In this document: positions 52,250-63,768 of the stretch, one piece after another
Layout of the letters: every line of letters begins with the position of its first letter
Numbering within the stretch: the stretch's first letter is position 1
Source of the DNA: Eledone cirrhosa
Taxonomy: Eukaryota
NCBI GenBank assembly: GCA_964016885.1
Contig: OZ024748.1
Location: 18,042,001-18,106,000 of the forward strand
Length of the DNA: 64,000 nt
Direction of reading: 5' to 3'
Notes under the pieces: model-generated
The model's input: the letters and a program-made list of their open reading frames with translations, nothing else
What the model was told of the DNA's origin: nothing
The model's database searches: none
Position numbers and translations under genes: made by a program

Positions 52250-52293
52250 ATCATTCTGATGAGATCCAGTTAAGTTCGAAATGCATCGACGAT
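52250..52293 (+). ncRNA. Type I hammerhead ribozyme motif
   Basis: ATCATT-CTGATGA-GAtC cagttaa GtTC-GAAA-TGCA-TC-GACGAT. Palindrome ATGCAT. Embedded in a longer GCAAGCGTGGGAGG / CCCCTTGCTTTTGC stem. Confidence 0.7.
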
Positions 52294-52939
52294 TGTCCCC
52301 CTTGCTTTTGCTGGACACCATCAGCGGGCATTAGCCCCCGCTGTTTTTTGCATAGCTACAGCTTTCTAAATGTTTAACTATAAACATACCGCGTTTCTTT
52401 AGAAATATGAAATTTCTATACATATCTGTATACAACTATGCCTGAAGCTAAATCCTAATTCTATTATTTATATATATGTATATATATATATAATAGATGT
52501 TATATTGATATTAATAATGGATATCAAAGACAGAGGCAATTTTGATATCAAAGAAGCCTATTGACTAAACTGTGTCATTATTAACTGAAAAAAACAAAAG
52601 CTATTCCTCGCATAGACATTTTTTATTTCTCTGGAACCAGCATGAATATTTCTTTGGCTCTTCCTCTTTATTTATTTTTTTATTTTTAAAATTCAGTTTA
52701 AAGTTTAATGACCTCTCCGATACTAATTTATTGTTTTTCTCCTCACGTCATCAATAGAATAAATGAATTTATTGATTTTACAAAAAAAAAATGTTTTTTT
52801 TTCTCTGAGCAGAAAAACAAAAACCACCAATTCAAGTTTTATTTTTATACCACTGCCCCACCCCGCAAAAATATATTCCTATTCATTTGTTTATATTAAC
52901 AACAGATACATCAGCAACAACATCAACATCAACAATAAT

Positions 52940-53280
52940 AATAATGATTTCTACTATAGGCATAAGGCCAGCAATTTTGTGGGGAGGGGAAAGTTGATTA
53001 AATTGACACCAGTGCGTCACTGGTACTTTATTTATTGACCCCATAAGGATGAAAGGCAAAGCTAACCTTGGCGGGATTTGAACTTAGAATGCAAAGGGCC
53101 ATAACTCTATCGATACTCCCTATCCACCACCCTAACAACAATAATAATAATAATAAAGGTTTCAGATTTAAGCACAAGGCTAGCAATTTGGGGGGAGGGG
53201 AAAGTTGATTAAATCGACCCCAGTGCATTACTGGTACTTTATTTTATCGACCCTGTAATGATGAAAAGCAAAGTTAACCA
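52940..53280 (-). mobile_element. Two Nin/Deu-type SINE copies
   Basis: Reverse complements of the 20966 consensus at about 52940-53132 and 53145-53280. Confidence 0.75.
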
Positions 53281-53287
53281 ATAATAA

Positions 53288-53925
53288 TCATCATCATCAA
53301 CATCGATTAACGTCCATCTTCTACGCTAACATGGGTTAGACGGGTCCCATTTAGAGGCAAGTTGGGTCAGGTGAACATGTCTCAACATATAGGGGTGTTT
53401 CTGGCTGGTGTTCTACGGTTGGATGCTCTTCTTAACGGCATCCACTTTACAGTGCGGACTTGGTGCTTTTTATCGTGTCTTTTACACGTCCACTTTACAG
53501 TGCGGACTTGGTGCTTTTTATCGTGTCTTTTACACATCCACTTTACAGTGCGGACTTGGTGCTTTTTATCATGTCTTTTACACGTCCACTTTACAGTGTG
53601 GGCTGGGTGCTTTTTATCATGTCTTTTACACGTCCACTTTACAGTGTGGGCTGGGTGCTTTTTATTATGTCTTTTACACGTCCACTTTACAGTGTGGGCT
53701 GGGTGCTTTTTATCATGTCTTTTACACGTCCACTTTACAGTGTGGGCTGGGTGCTTTTTATCATGTCTTTTACATGTCCACTTTACAGTGTGGGCTGGGT
53801 GCTTTTTATCATGTCTTTTACACGTCCACTTTACAGTGTGGGCTGGGTGCTTTTTATCGTGTCTTTTACACGTCCACTTTACAGTGTGGGCTGGCTGCTT
53901 TTTATCATGTCTTTTACACGTCCAT
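53288..53925 (-). mobile_element. SINE/RTE 3' module with a second 48-bp array (about 10 units, 53441-53923)
   Basis: Unit CCACTTTACAGTGYGGRCTKGGTGCTTTTTATCRTGTCTTTTACACGT, adjoining the GATGCTCTTCTTAACGGCA module. Confidence 0.85.
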
Positions 53926-53953
53926 AAATTCTATAAGTATCATATTTGTTCTT

Positions 53954-54149
53954 CAGACCTGTTAACTCTTCCTGTCTGACGGGGAGATCACCCAACCACT
54001 TTGGGATGGGTGAGAGATGTCTTCTCTTGCGATAATGGGTATAGCTTTCATTATGTAAAATCTCCCCATTTTGCCTCATTTCTCCCCATTTGGGGACACT
54101 TTTTTCCATGGTACTCCCCCGTTTGGGTTTTTAGAGGTTGACAGGTCTG
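53954..54149. mobile_element. hAT-like MITE remnant
   Basis: Inverted ends CAGACCTGTTAACTCT / AGAGGTTGACAGGTCTG, with internal CTCCCC sub-repeats. No clean TSD. Confidence 0.5.
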
Positions 54150-54619
54150 ATTCTTTAAATTTGCTGAGTCATACTAAAGCCTAATATCATTCCCTGCAGA
54201 CATATTTATCTATGTTTTGTCCATCTCCATCTCCAGGGGTCTTTTACCCAATTTTCTCAACTATTATTTATAAAGATTAACTATTATTGTAACCATTTGT
54301 GTTGGGACATACATATTTCAGATTTTAAAATTTACTCAATGTTTCCTGAGTCAAAGACTTTTTTTACATGTTTTTTTTTGTTCGTCTTTTTTTTTTTTCT
54401 TTCTTGTTAGAAACTTTCTGTGAAAGAACGGCGCCACCATTGTAAAATACGGTAATTGCAGGATTTAAAAATTAATTTGTTTTGTTTTAGTTGAAAATAG
54501 AACCTTCTAAGAATTCTGGTGATTCTCTATGAGTTTTTAGTATTTTAATATCTCTTATATTCCGTGTAGAATATTAAGTAACTAATAAATCTTCCCCTAA
54601 ACCTCAACAGCTGCCATCT

Positions 54620-55905
54620 TGCTGTAGCAGACAACACCACACCAACTACTACTACTACCACTACTATTACTATAGCAGACTACTACCACTACTACCACTA
54701 TAGCAGACAACACCACACCAACTACTACCACTACTATTACTATAACAGACTACTACCACTACCACTATAGCAGACAACACCACACCAACCACCACCACCA
54801 CTACTATAGCAGACAACACCACACCAACCACCACCACCACTACTATAGCAGACAACACCACACACCAACCACCACCACCACCACCACCACCACTATGGCA
54901 GACATCACTGCCACCAACATTACCATCATCATCACCACCACAACTACCATTATCATCACCATCACCTCCATCATCATCAACACCACTACCACAACTAGCA
55001 TCACTATCACCACCACAACTCCCACTACCATTATCATCATTTCTATCACTAACTTCAACAATACCACCACCACAACCACAACCACCACCCCCACCACCAC
55101 CACCACCACAACCACCACCACCACCACAACCACCACCACCAGCATTACTATCATCACCATTACCACCACAAGCATCACTATCACCACCACAACAACACCA
55201 CCACCACTATACCACCACCACCACACCACCACCACCAACAACAACAACAACCACCACCAACAACAACCACCACACCACCATACCACCACCACACCACACC
55301 ACAACTATACCACCTACACCACACCACTACCACCACTACCACCATACCACCACCACCACACCACCACAGCACCACAACACCACACCCCACCACCACATCA
55401 CCACCACCACCACCACACCACACACTCCCCACACCACTACCATCACACCACACCACACTACCATACCACCACCACACCACACCACCACCACACCACACCA
55501 CCACCACAGCACCACACCACCACAGCACCACACCACCACCACACTACCACCACCACACTACCCCCACCACCACCACACCACCACCATACCACCACCACCA
55601 CACCACCACCACAACACCACCACCACCATACCACCACAGCACTACACCCCCACCACCACCACCACCACCACCACACCACCGCACCACCACCACACTACAC
55701 CCCCACCACCACACCACCACCACACCACACCATACCACCACACTCCCACCACCACCACCGCACCACCACCACATCACCACCACCACACCACCACATCACC
55801 ACCACACTACACCCCCACCACCACACCACAACACCACACCACCACACCATACCACCACACCACCACAGCACCACACTATCACCACCACACCACACCACCA
55901 CCACT
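54620..55905. repeat. (ACC)/(ACCAC)n low-complexity tract
   Basis: Direct inspection. Confidence 0.9.
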
Positions 55906-56026
55906 GTTCTAACTCACTATATTTAAATATTCACCTAACAACATCCGTTGTGAACTACCCACCAACAACTTCAGTTGTTTAACAATATTTTAAAGGAACA
56001 AATCAATAAAAAATATGTTTGATTAT

Positions 56027-57811
56027 CACTGTGTAACATCTTTTGTTCCCCGTTTCTAAGTGTCATTTCCTGGTTTTTTATATCCCATTATTATTTTAAA
56101 AAATATTATTTAATCAGAAGTTTGGGTTTGTGGTAAGGAGTTTGATATTTCGAAATTTTCATATTTTTCAAGAAAAAACACATTTTTTTTTTATTTATCA
56201 GTTCATATAATTAAATCAACAGAGTATATATTTATTTTATTACACAAGCTTATCAAAAGCAAACAAGTAAAAACAAATAACACTTATAAAGCAACTTATA
56301 CACGTCAGAAATGACTAGATTTCCTGGATTTGCGGTTGTAGTCCAGGTCGCATTCCCGCACTAGCCCCCAGATATAGTCCCCCATGATTTTTTCATTGTA
56401 GTGGCCCTGGTACCTCCGCTCTATCTCTTTCACATCTTGGTGGAATCGTTCGCTTTGTTCTTCTGAGTAGGCGCCCATATTGTCCTTGAATTTTTCCAGG
56501 TGAGTGTCCAGCATATGGAGTTTAAGCGACATCCTGCATCCCATGGAGCCAAAAGCCTTTATCAGATCCTGCACCAGTTGCTGGTAGTTTTCAGCTCTGT
56601 AGTTGCCCAGGAAGCCCTTAACAACTGGCTTGAAACAGTTCCATGCTGTTCTCTCAATCCTATTGAGCTTATTGGAGAACTCGGTAGACTCAAACACCTT
56701 CTTTATCTGAGGTCCAACAAAAATTCCACCTTTGATTTTGGCCTCAGATAACTTGGGAAAGAACTCAAGAAGGTACTTAAAAGTGGCTGATTCTTGGTTG
56801 AGAGCCTTCACAAACTGCTTCATCAACCCCAACTTAATGTGCAGTGGCGGCATGAGCACAATCCTAGGATCAACCAGTAGCTCCCACATGACGTTCCAAG
56901 TCCCAAATACAAATTCTGTTCGCTGCTCCCAGTTCTTTCTTTTGTAGTTGTCAGAGGTGGCTCTGCTGTCCCAAAGGCAGAGGAAGCATTGGAATTTGAT
57001 AAAGCCTCCTTGGAGTCCAAGCAGAAAAGCCACCATCTTGAAGTCTCCAATAATTTCCCAATTGTACTGGTTGTATTGCAGAGCTTCCAAGAGGACTTTC
57101 ACACTGTAGTTACCTTCAGGCAGACTGAATGAGCTAGGGGCAGTGTCGGGAACTTGTTTCCATTGTGAAGGAGAACAGCCTTCAAACTTGTGGTAGAGCT
57201 GTCTCTAAATAGCCGCCACTCCTTGGGCACAAACGGCACCCCAATAACGTCAAACAGTCCAAGCACGTCGTGGCAGAAGCAGAGGCCATCCCTAAGAGTG
57301 TAAAAGCCTGAGAAAGGTTTGTGTCGACTTCTCTGACTTGTCACCTGCACTTCCTCCTTGACCAAGTTCCACTACTTCATCCTGGAGACGAATAGCTCTG
57401 CATTGGACTTGGTCAGACCCATATCCCTGACCAAGTCATTGACTTCTTTTTGGTTTGGGAAGTGAGGAACTTTTTCTGGTACCCCAGTATCAATAAATCT
57501 CTTTAATCCACTTTTTAACAATTTTATACTTTATTGCACTTTTATAATTTTCGTTAGGTATTACTCTTTATTTTATAATTTTAATTTAACCTGAAACACA
57601 TATTAAAAAAATCATTTAACATAAGCAAATTAAACTTACAACGTAAAATCCAGCATACAAATAATTCTAGTGAATAGCTTAGAATTTTTACAAACCCAAA
57701 CTTTTAACTGTTTAATAGCACTTTTTTATTTATTTATTTGGGACCTAAGCAACACAAAAAAAAGTGATTACCAGCCAGGAACAGAGAAAAAAAATTTTTT
57801 GTTACACAGTG
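56027..57811 (-). mobile_element. Chapaev-type (CMC superfamily, Chapaev3-like) DNA transposon
   Basis: TIR CACTGTGTAACA (56027-56038) / TGTTACACAGTG (57800-57811). TTAT flanks both ends. Internal transposase. Confidence 0.85.
56305..57510 (-). pseudogene. Chapaev-type DDE transposase, disrupted (stop at 57372-57374, frameshift near 57100)
   Basis: PHFPNQKEVNDLVRDMGLTKSNAELFVSRMK*WNL; WRLFRDSSTTSLKAVLLHNGN; GDFKMVAFLLGLQGG..KFQCFLCLWDSRA; PPLHIKLGLMKQFVKAL; SLKLHMLDTH; SEEQSERFHQD. Confidence 0.85.
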
Positions 57812-57927
57812 TTATCTATAATAATTGTTTCTACTTTTGGGACAAGGCCAGCAATTATATCAGTGTATTACTGGTACTAACTGCTGACTTAGGTTTTTTT
57901 TTTATTTCTTCTTCCATTAGCACAAGA

Positions 57928-58345
57928 GTCATTTTGTCGTCGTCATCATCATCATCATCATCATCACCACCACCATCATCATCGTCATTGTCGTTGTTGT
58001 CGTCATCATCATCATCGTTGTCATCATTACCATCATCATCATCACCGCCATCATCATCGTTGTTGTCATCATCATTGTCACCGTCATCATCATCATCATC
58101 ATCATCATCGTTGTGGTTGTCATAATCATCAACATCATTATCATCATCACCGCGTTGTCATCATCATCATCATCATGATCACCATGATCGTCACCATCAT
58201 CATCATCCTCGTCATCATCACTCTTGTCATCATCATCGTCATCATCATCATCAATATCATCACCACCATCATCATCATCATCAGTATCATCACCACCACC
58301 ATCATCATCGTCGTCATCACCACCACCATCATCATCATCATCATC
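57928..58345. repeat. (CAT)n tract
   Basis: Direct inspection. Confidence 0.9.
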
Positions 58346-58399
58346 TTTTTCATTGTCGTTTTTGTCTGCTTTCCAAACTGGCATGGGTTGGACAGAGTA

Positions 58400-58762
58400 G
58401 CTTTGTGGCATAGAGTTACGTCCCTTTAATCTCTGAGTTCAAATCCCACCAAGGTTAGCTTTGCCTTTCATCCTTCCAGGGTCGATAAAATAAAGTACCA
58501 GTACCAGTAATACACTGGGATAATTGCTGGCCTTGTGCCAAAAGTAGAAACAATTATTATTAATTATAGGGCGATGGATTGGCAGTATCGGTAGAGGGTC
58601 GGACGCCATGCTTTCCAGCATAGTTACGGCCCTTTACGATCTGAGTTCAAATCCCGCCGAGGTTGACTTTGCCTTTCATCCTTACGGGGTCGATAAAATA
58701 AAGTACCAGTAATGCACTGGGTAATTGCTGGCCTTGTGCCAAAAGTAGAAACAATTATTAAT
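58400..58762 (+). mobile_element. Two tandem Nin/Deu-type SINEs
   Basis: Consensus as at 20966. Full copy at 58568-58762. Confidence 0.8.
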
Positions 58763-58984
58763 ATTTTTTGTTTTAGTTTTTTGTCCTATTATTCAGAATG
58801 TGTGATGCTGAAAAGATTAACTGATGACTGCTGGGAAAAGAAAAAAAAGATGGTTTGATAAAAAAAAAAAAACATCATTAAAAGAAGGGTAAAATAATTT
58901 AAGACAAAAAATGAAGAAATGTTTCGTAATCTTCCTTGGAAGAATGGCACAGTAACAATATAGGGGAGGGGAGGTGACAAAACT

Positions 58985-58985
58985 G

Positions 58986-59027
<42 letters not shown>

Positions 59028-59362
59028 CACTACTACTGCTACTACTACTACTACTACTACTACCACTACTACTGTTACTGCTGCTACTACTACTGCTGCT
59101 GCTACTACTACTGTTGCTGCTGCTACTACTGTTACTACTAGTATTACTACTCCACTACCACTACTATCACCACCATCACCACCAGCACAACAACAACACA
59201 CCTTAACAACAACAGTGCTAATCTACTACCACCACCATCACCATCATCACCACCACTATCACCACCACCACTACCACCACCATCACAACCACTATCACCA
59301 CCACCACTACCACCACCATCATCACCACCACTATCACAACCATCACAACAATAACAACAACA
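58985..59362. repeat. (CTA)/(CAC)n tracts
   Basis: Direct inspection. Confidence 0.9.
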
Positions 59363-59839
59363 GTGTTAATCTACCCTGTGTAGTGAAACACCTCAGTAAT
59401 GAAGTTTCTAACTAACCAATGAAATGTCTAGAAAGAAAAATAAAAAAATAATAAAGAAGGAAAGAAAAGAATAAAGAAAGAAAGGAATCAAGAAAGAAAG
59501 AAAAGAGATAAAAAGTTGTGAAATTTTATAAAATGTCTTTTATCCTGATCTGTTGTGTTATGCTCAATAACAGCAACAACGACAGCAGTAACAACAACAA
59601 CAATAACAATAACAGCACCAACAGTAACACTAACATCAACAACAACAACAACACTAATATCAATAATAACAGCAACAGCGGTAAAAACAGCAACATCAAC
59701 AATAACATCAGTAACAACAACAGCAATTTGGTCAACCTGAGGCTACAGTAGAAGATTCATTCACCTTGGTGGGATTTGAACTTAAAATGTAAAGAGCCAA
59801 AACAAATACTGCAAAGCATTTTGTCCAACACTAATATAT

Positions 59840-60515
59840 ATAAGGAAAAAAGATGAAATCGAAAATGCAACTGGAGTCTTATTTTTTTTAAAATATATAT
59901 ATTTATTTGGTTCTTTTACCGGTTTCGCAGTTCTTCTGCTTTTCAAAAGTAGAGTTGAGATGGAGGGTCTGTGATTTTCTCAGATGTGAGAAAAACCACA
60001 GACCCTCCATCTCAACTCTACTTTTGAAAAGCAGAAGAACTGCGAAACCGGTAAAGGAACCAAATAAATATATATATTTTTTTTAAATAAGACTCCAGTT
60101 GCATTTTCAATTTCATCTTTTTTCCTTATGCTTTCACTCGTGTAGGACACCTCGGTTATTTTTCATTTTGTAAAAAAATCTCACTTTCTAAGTTTGATGG
60201 TCTTTATTCTCTCTCGTTCACGATTTCACCGAACTTATATTCATAGAAATCTGGGACTAGACTCTTTCTTCCTCACTTTTCGTTGCATTACCATCTTTGA
60301 TTGTTCACAGTCTCGCTCGTTCCCCTTATTTACGTGTCCCAACGACTTTCTTGTGATCAACAAGATGAAAGCTTCTTGAGGAATGGGAACCAAGCTCTAC
60401 AACACCAAGAGATGTGTGTGAACTGCAAGGGAGACTATGTTGAAAAATGTACCTCATTTGGTCACATTCTCTGAGAGTATCTTAGTCAACCTAAAAAATT
60501 TTCAGCCCATTCTCA
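59840..60515 (+). mobile_element. Fold-back element (family C), longer copy
   Basis: About 143-bp inverted arms 59840-59982 / 59987-60129 with few mismatches. Variant hammerhead at about 60021-60056. 60130-60191 matches the reverse complement of 45146-45213. Confidence 0.8.
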
Positions 60516-60715
60516 TATATATAAATATATATGTTTATATATATGCTGAAGATATATGTTTTAGAAGAGATAAAATGTTTCTCTGCATGTCATAAGAGGC
60601 AATTAAAAAGGTATCCAGCTGTAAAACATTGTTGCCTGAAAACAATCCATGTAACCTATGCCATCATGGAAACAGGGAACATAAAAACAATGATGATGAT
60701 AATATATATATAAAT

Positions 60716-60980
60716 ATATTATAGAAAACAAAGAATCAGTTCAGTGATGCATTGAAGCACAATTTATTAACTACGTATTACAATTGTTTCTCCGGCAAAC
60801 AGCTTGAGGTGCGATCTATTTGTGGATCGAACCTGACTCTGGTTTCACAAGTTCCTCAGATATGTCTAGCAACTTCAAAACAAATCTTCCATCACTGATT
60901 CTTTGTTTTCTATAATATGCTCTGAAGGAGCATAGAGTGCTTAACAGCATACCACCTATGGACACATCTAAGCAATTTTT
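60716..60980. mobile_element. Mini-element (family D) with 25-bp inverted ends and a hammerhead
   Basis: ATATTATAGAAAACAAAGAATCAGT (60716-60740) / ACTGATTCTTTGTTTTCTATAATAT (60894-60918), then a tail with GAGTGCTT. Confidence 0.7.
60773..60865 (-). ncRNA. Hammerhead ribozyme motif with about 60-nt stem II domain
   Basis: Minus ACATAT-CTGAGGA-(..GGTTCGATC cacaaata GATCGCACC..)-GAAA-CAATTG-TA-ATACGT. Palindrome ACAATTGT. Confidence 0.65.
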
Positions 60981-61028
60981 ACAACAACAACAACAAAAAA
61001 TAAATATATATATATATAACAATATTTA

Positions 61029-61367
61029 TCATCATCATCATCATCATTTTACGTCTGCTTTTTCCCTGCTTGCAAGGGTGGGATGGGAACTGATTCTGGC
61101 TCGATTTCTACAGCTGGATGCCCTTCCTAACACCAACCTCATTTACAGTGAGTGCTGGGTGCTTTTTTGCTGTGGCACCTCCACGACCACTTTGCAGTGG
61201 AATGATATGGACCCCAGTCCCTATCATCTCATTTCTACAGCTGAGTAAACTGGAGCAATGTGAAATAAAGTGTCTTGCTCAAGGAAACAACACATCACCC
61301 GGTCTGAGAATTGAACTCACAACCTTTTGATTGCAAGGACAATGCTGTAACCACTAAGCCATGTGCC
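61029..61367 (-). mobile_element. tRNA-derived CORE-type SINE
   Basis: Near-identical to 185-522. Confidence 0.85.
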
Positions 61368-61399
61368 TTCTATATATAACAAAATTTAATATAGAAATG

Positions 61400-61449
61400 G
61401 CTTCTACAGGACTAGAACTGTTTCATTCGAAGGAAATCATCAGGAAAGC
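61400..61449 (-). ncRNA. Hammerhead motif (family A, single arm)
   Basis: Minus GCTTTC-CTGATGA-tTTCcttcGAAt-GAAA-CAG ttctagtc CTG-TA-GAAGC. Confidence 0.65.
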
Positions 61450-61509
61450 ACATATATATATATATATATATAACAGATAATAGAGATTTATTTATTATTT
61501 ATATATATA

Positions 61510-61865
61510 TCATCATCACCATCGTTTAACGTCTATCTTCCACACTAGCATGGGTTGGACGGGAATTGTCCCACTTGAGGCAAGATTGGTTGGGTGACCG
61601 TGTCTCGCTCATATAGGATTATCTGGCAGGTTTTCTACGACTGGATGCCCTTCCTAACATCAACCACATTTACAGTGTGGACTGGGAGCTTTTTACTGTG
61701 TTACCTACACAACCTCATTACAGCGTGGACTGTGCGTTTTTTTGTCGTGACACCTACACAACCTCATTAGTTTGGACTGGATGTGATACCAACATAACTT
61801 TATAGGGAAAGGATGGTGTTGGTGGGAGTGGAATGATGGAGTAGGGTAGTGGGTTGGGGTGTATT
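61510..61865 (-). mobile_element. RTE LINE 3' UTR
   Basis: Reverse complement homologous to 5560-5914. Confidence 0.8.
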
Positions 61866-61883
61866 TTATATATATATATATAT

Positions 61884-62220
61884 ACATGGCTTAGTGGTTA
61901 GAGTATTGGCCTTGCAATCGAAAGGTTGTGAGTTCAATTCTCAGACCGGGTGATGTGTTGTTTCCTTGAGCAAGACACTTTATTTCACATTGCTCCAGTT
62001 TACTCAGCTGTAGAAATGAGATGATAGGGACTGGGGTCCCTATTATTCCACTACAAAGTGGTCGTGGAGGTGCCACGGCAAAAAAGCACCCAGCACTCAC
62101 TGTAAATGAGGTTGGTGTTAGGAAGGGCATCCAGCTGTAGAAATCAAGCCAGAATCAGTTCCCGTCCCACCCTTGCAAGCAGGGAAAAGCGGGCGTGAAA
62201 TGAAATGATGATGAATGATG
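61884..62220 (+). mobile_element. Full-length tRNA-derived CORE-type SINE
   Basis: A box TGGCTTAGTGG, B box GAGTTCAATTC, CORE-like segment, 3' end identical to the RTE end at 20628-20663. Confidence 0.88.
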
Positions 62221-62223
62221 ATA

Positions 62224-62324
62224 CAGGTTGTCCCAAAAACATGTATACACACTTCAACAGCATTCTAATAAATATTGCCTGTACAGGTAATCAAAGTATG
62301 TATACATTTTTGGGGGACACCCTG
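62224..62324. mobile_element. Tc1/mariner-like MITE
   Basis: TA|CAGGTTGTCCCAAAAACATGTATAC ... GTATACATTTTTGGGGGACACCCTG|TA. Confidence 0.75.
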
Positions 62325-62515
62325 TATATACATATATAACAGTAACCTATATTGGGTTAAGTAACGATACTGCTCGAGAAATGTGTTTTTATTGGCTGTT
62401 AGAGTCAGTCGGGCATCAAGTATCTCACAGTCTATTGGTCTAGCGAGTCATTGATTAAAACAACTAATTAGTAGAGATTGGAAAAACAAACCAACCAATT
62501 AATTATACTTCAACA

Positions 62516-62564
<49 letters not shown>

Positions 62565-62875
62565 CTGTCTGTGTCTGTGTGTGTGTGTTATATATATTTA
62601 TATATACATATAAATATATATATATGTGTATATATATGTATATACACACACACATGTATGTGTATATATATATATATAAATACAAACATACATGTATGTG
62701 TATATGTATGTCTAGTGATGTGGACTGGTATTAAATAAATAAACAAATATATATATTTATTTTATCAGATATTTTTCATTAGTATTAGTAAATATAAGAG
62801 TGAGGAGATCAAATGAGATGTTGGTACTTCAAATAGATGGAATCTTAACTGCACTGTCTGCTAGGGTTAATGAAG

Positions 62876-63768
62876 TACCACACCACACTACTACACATAC
62901 CACACCACATCATACCACACACTACACCACATACTACACCATACCACACCACACTACCACATACCACACCATACCATATCACATACCACACCATACACCA
63001 CACCATATCACACACCACACCACAACATACACCATACCACCACACATACAACACCACATACTACAGCACACACCATACCACATATCACACCATATCACAT
63101 ACCACAACATACCACATACCATACCACATACCACATATCATAACATACCATACCACATACAACATACCACAACATACCACACACCATACCACACCATACC
63201 ATACCACATACCACACCATACCATCCCACATACCACACCATACACCATAACACACCATACCACACCATACCATACACCATACTACACCATACCACATACC
63301 ACACCATACCATACCACATACCACATACCACACCATACCATACACCATACCACACCATACCACACGCCATACCACACACCACACCATACCACATACCACA
63401 CCACATCATACCACATACCACACCATACCACATACCACACCATACCATACACCATACCACACCATACACCACACCATGCCACATACCATACCATACCACA
63501 TACCACCATACCACATACCACACCATACCATACCACATACCACACCATACCACATACCACACCATACCATACACCATACCACACCATACACCACACCATA
63601 CCACATACCATACCATACCACATACCACACCACACCATACCACATACCACACCATACCATACACCATACCACACCATACCACACCATACCATACACCATA
63701 CTACAGACCATACCACACCATATTACACCACATACCACACCACACCACACCATACCACACCACACACC
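62876..63768. repeat. (ACCAT/ACCAC/ACCACAT)n satellite-like tract
   Basis: Direct inspection. Confidence 0.9.

Noticed and set aside
54411-54451. RRHHC FYVE-like motif in a possible plus-strand exon
   Set aside because: Good acceptor, but the required following Cys residues are absent and no partner exon was found.
61884-61950. tRNA gene
   Set aside because: The A/B boxes belong to a SINE head. No acceptor stem, and it continues into the CORE domain.
62876-63768. Telomeric or subtelomeric repeat
   Set aside because: Irregular ACCAT/ACCAC mixture, not (TTAGGG)n.
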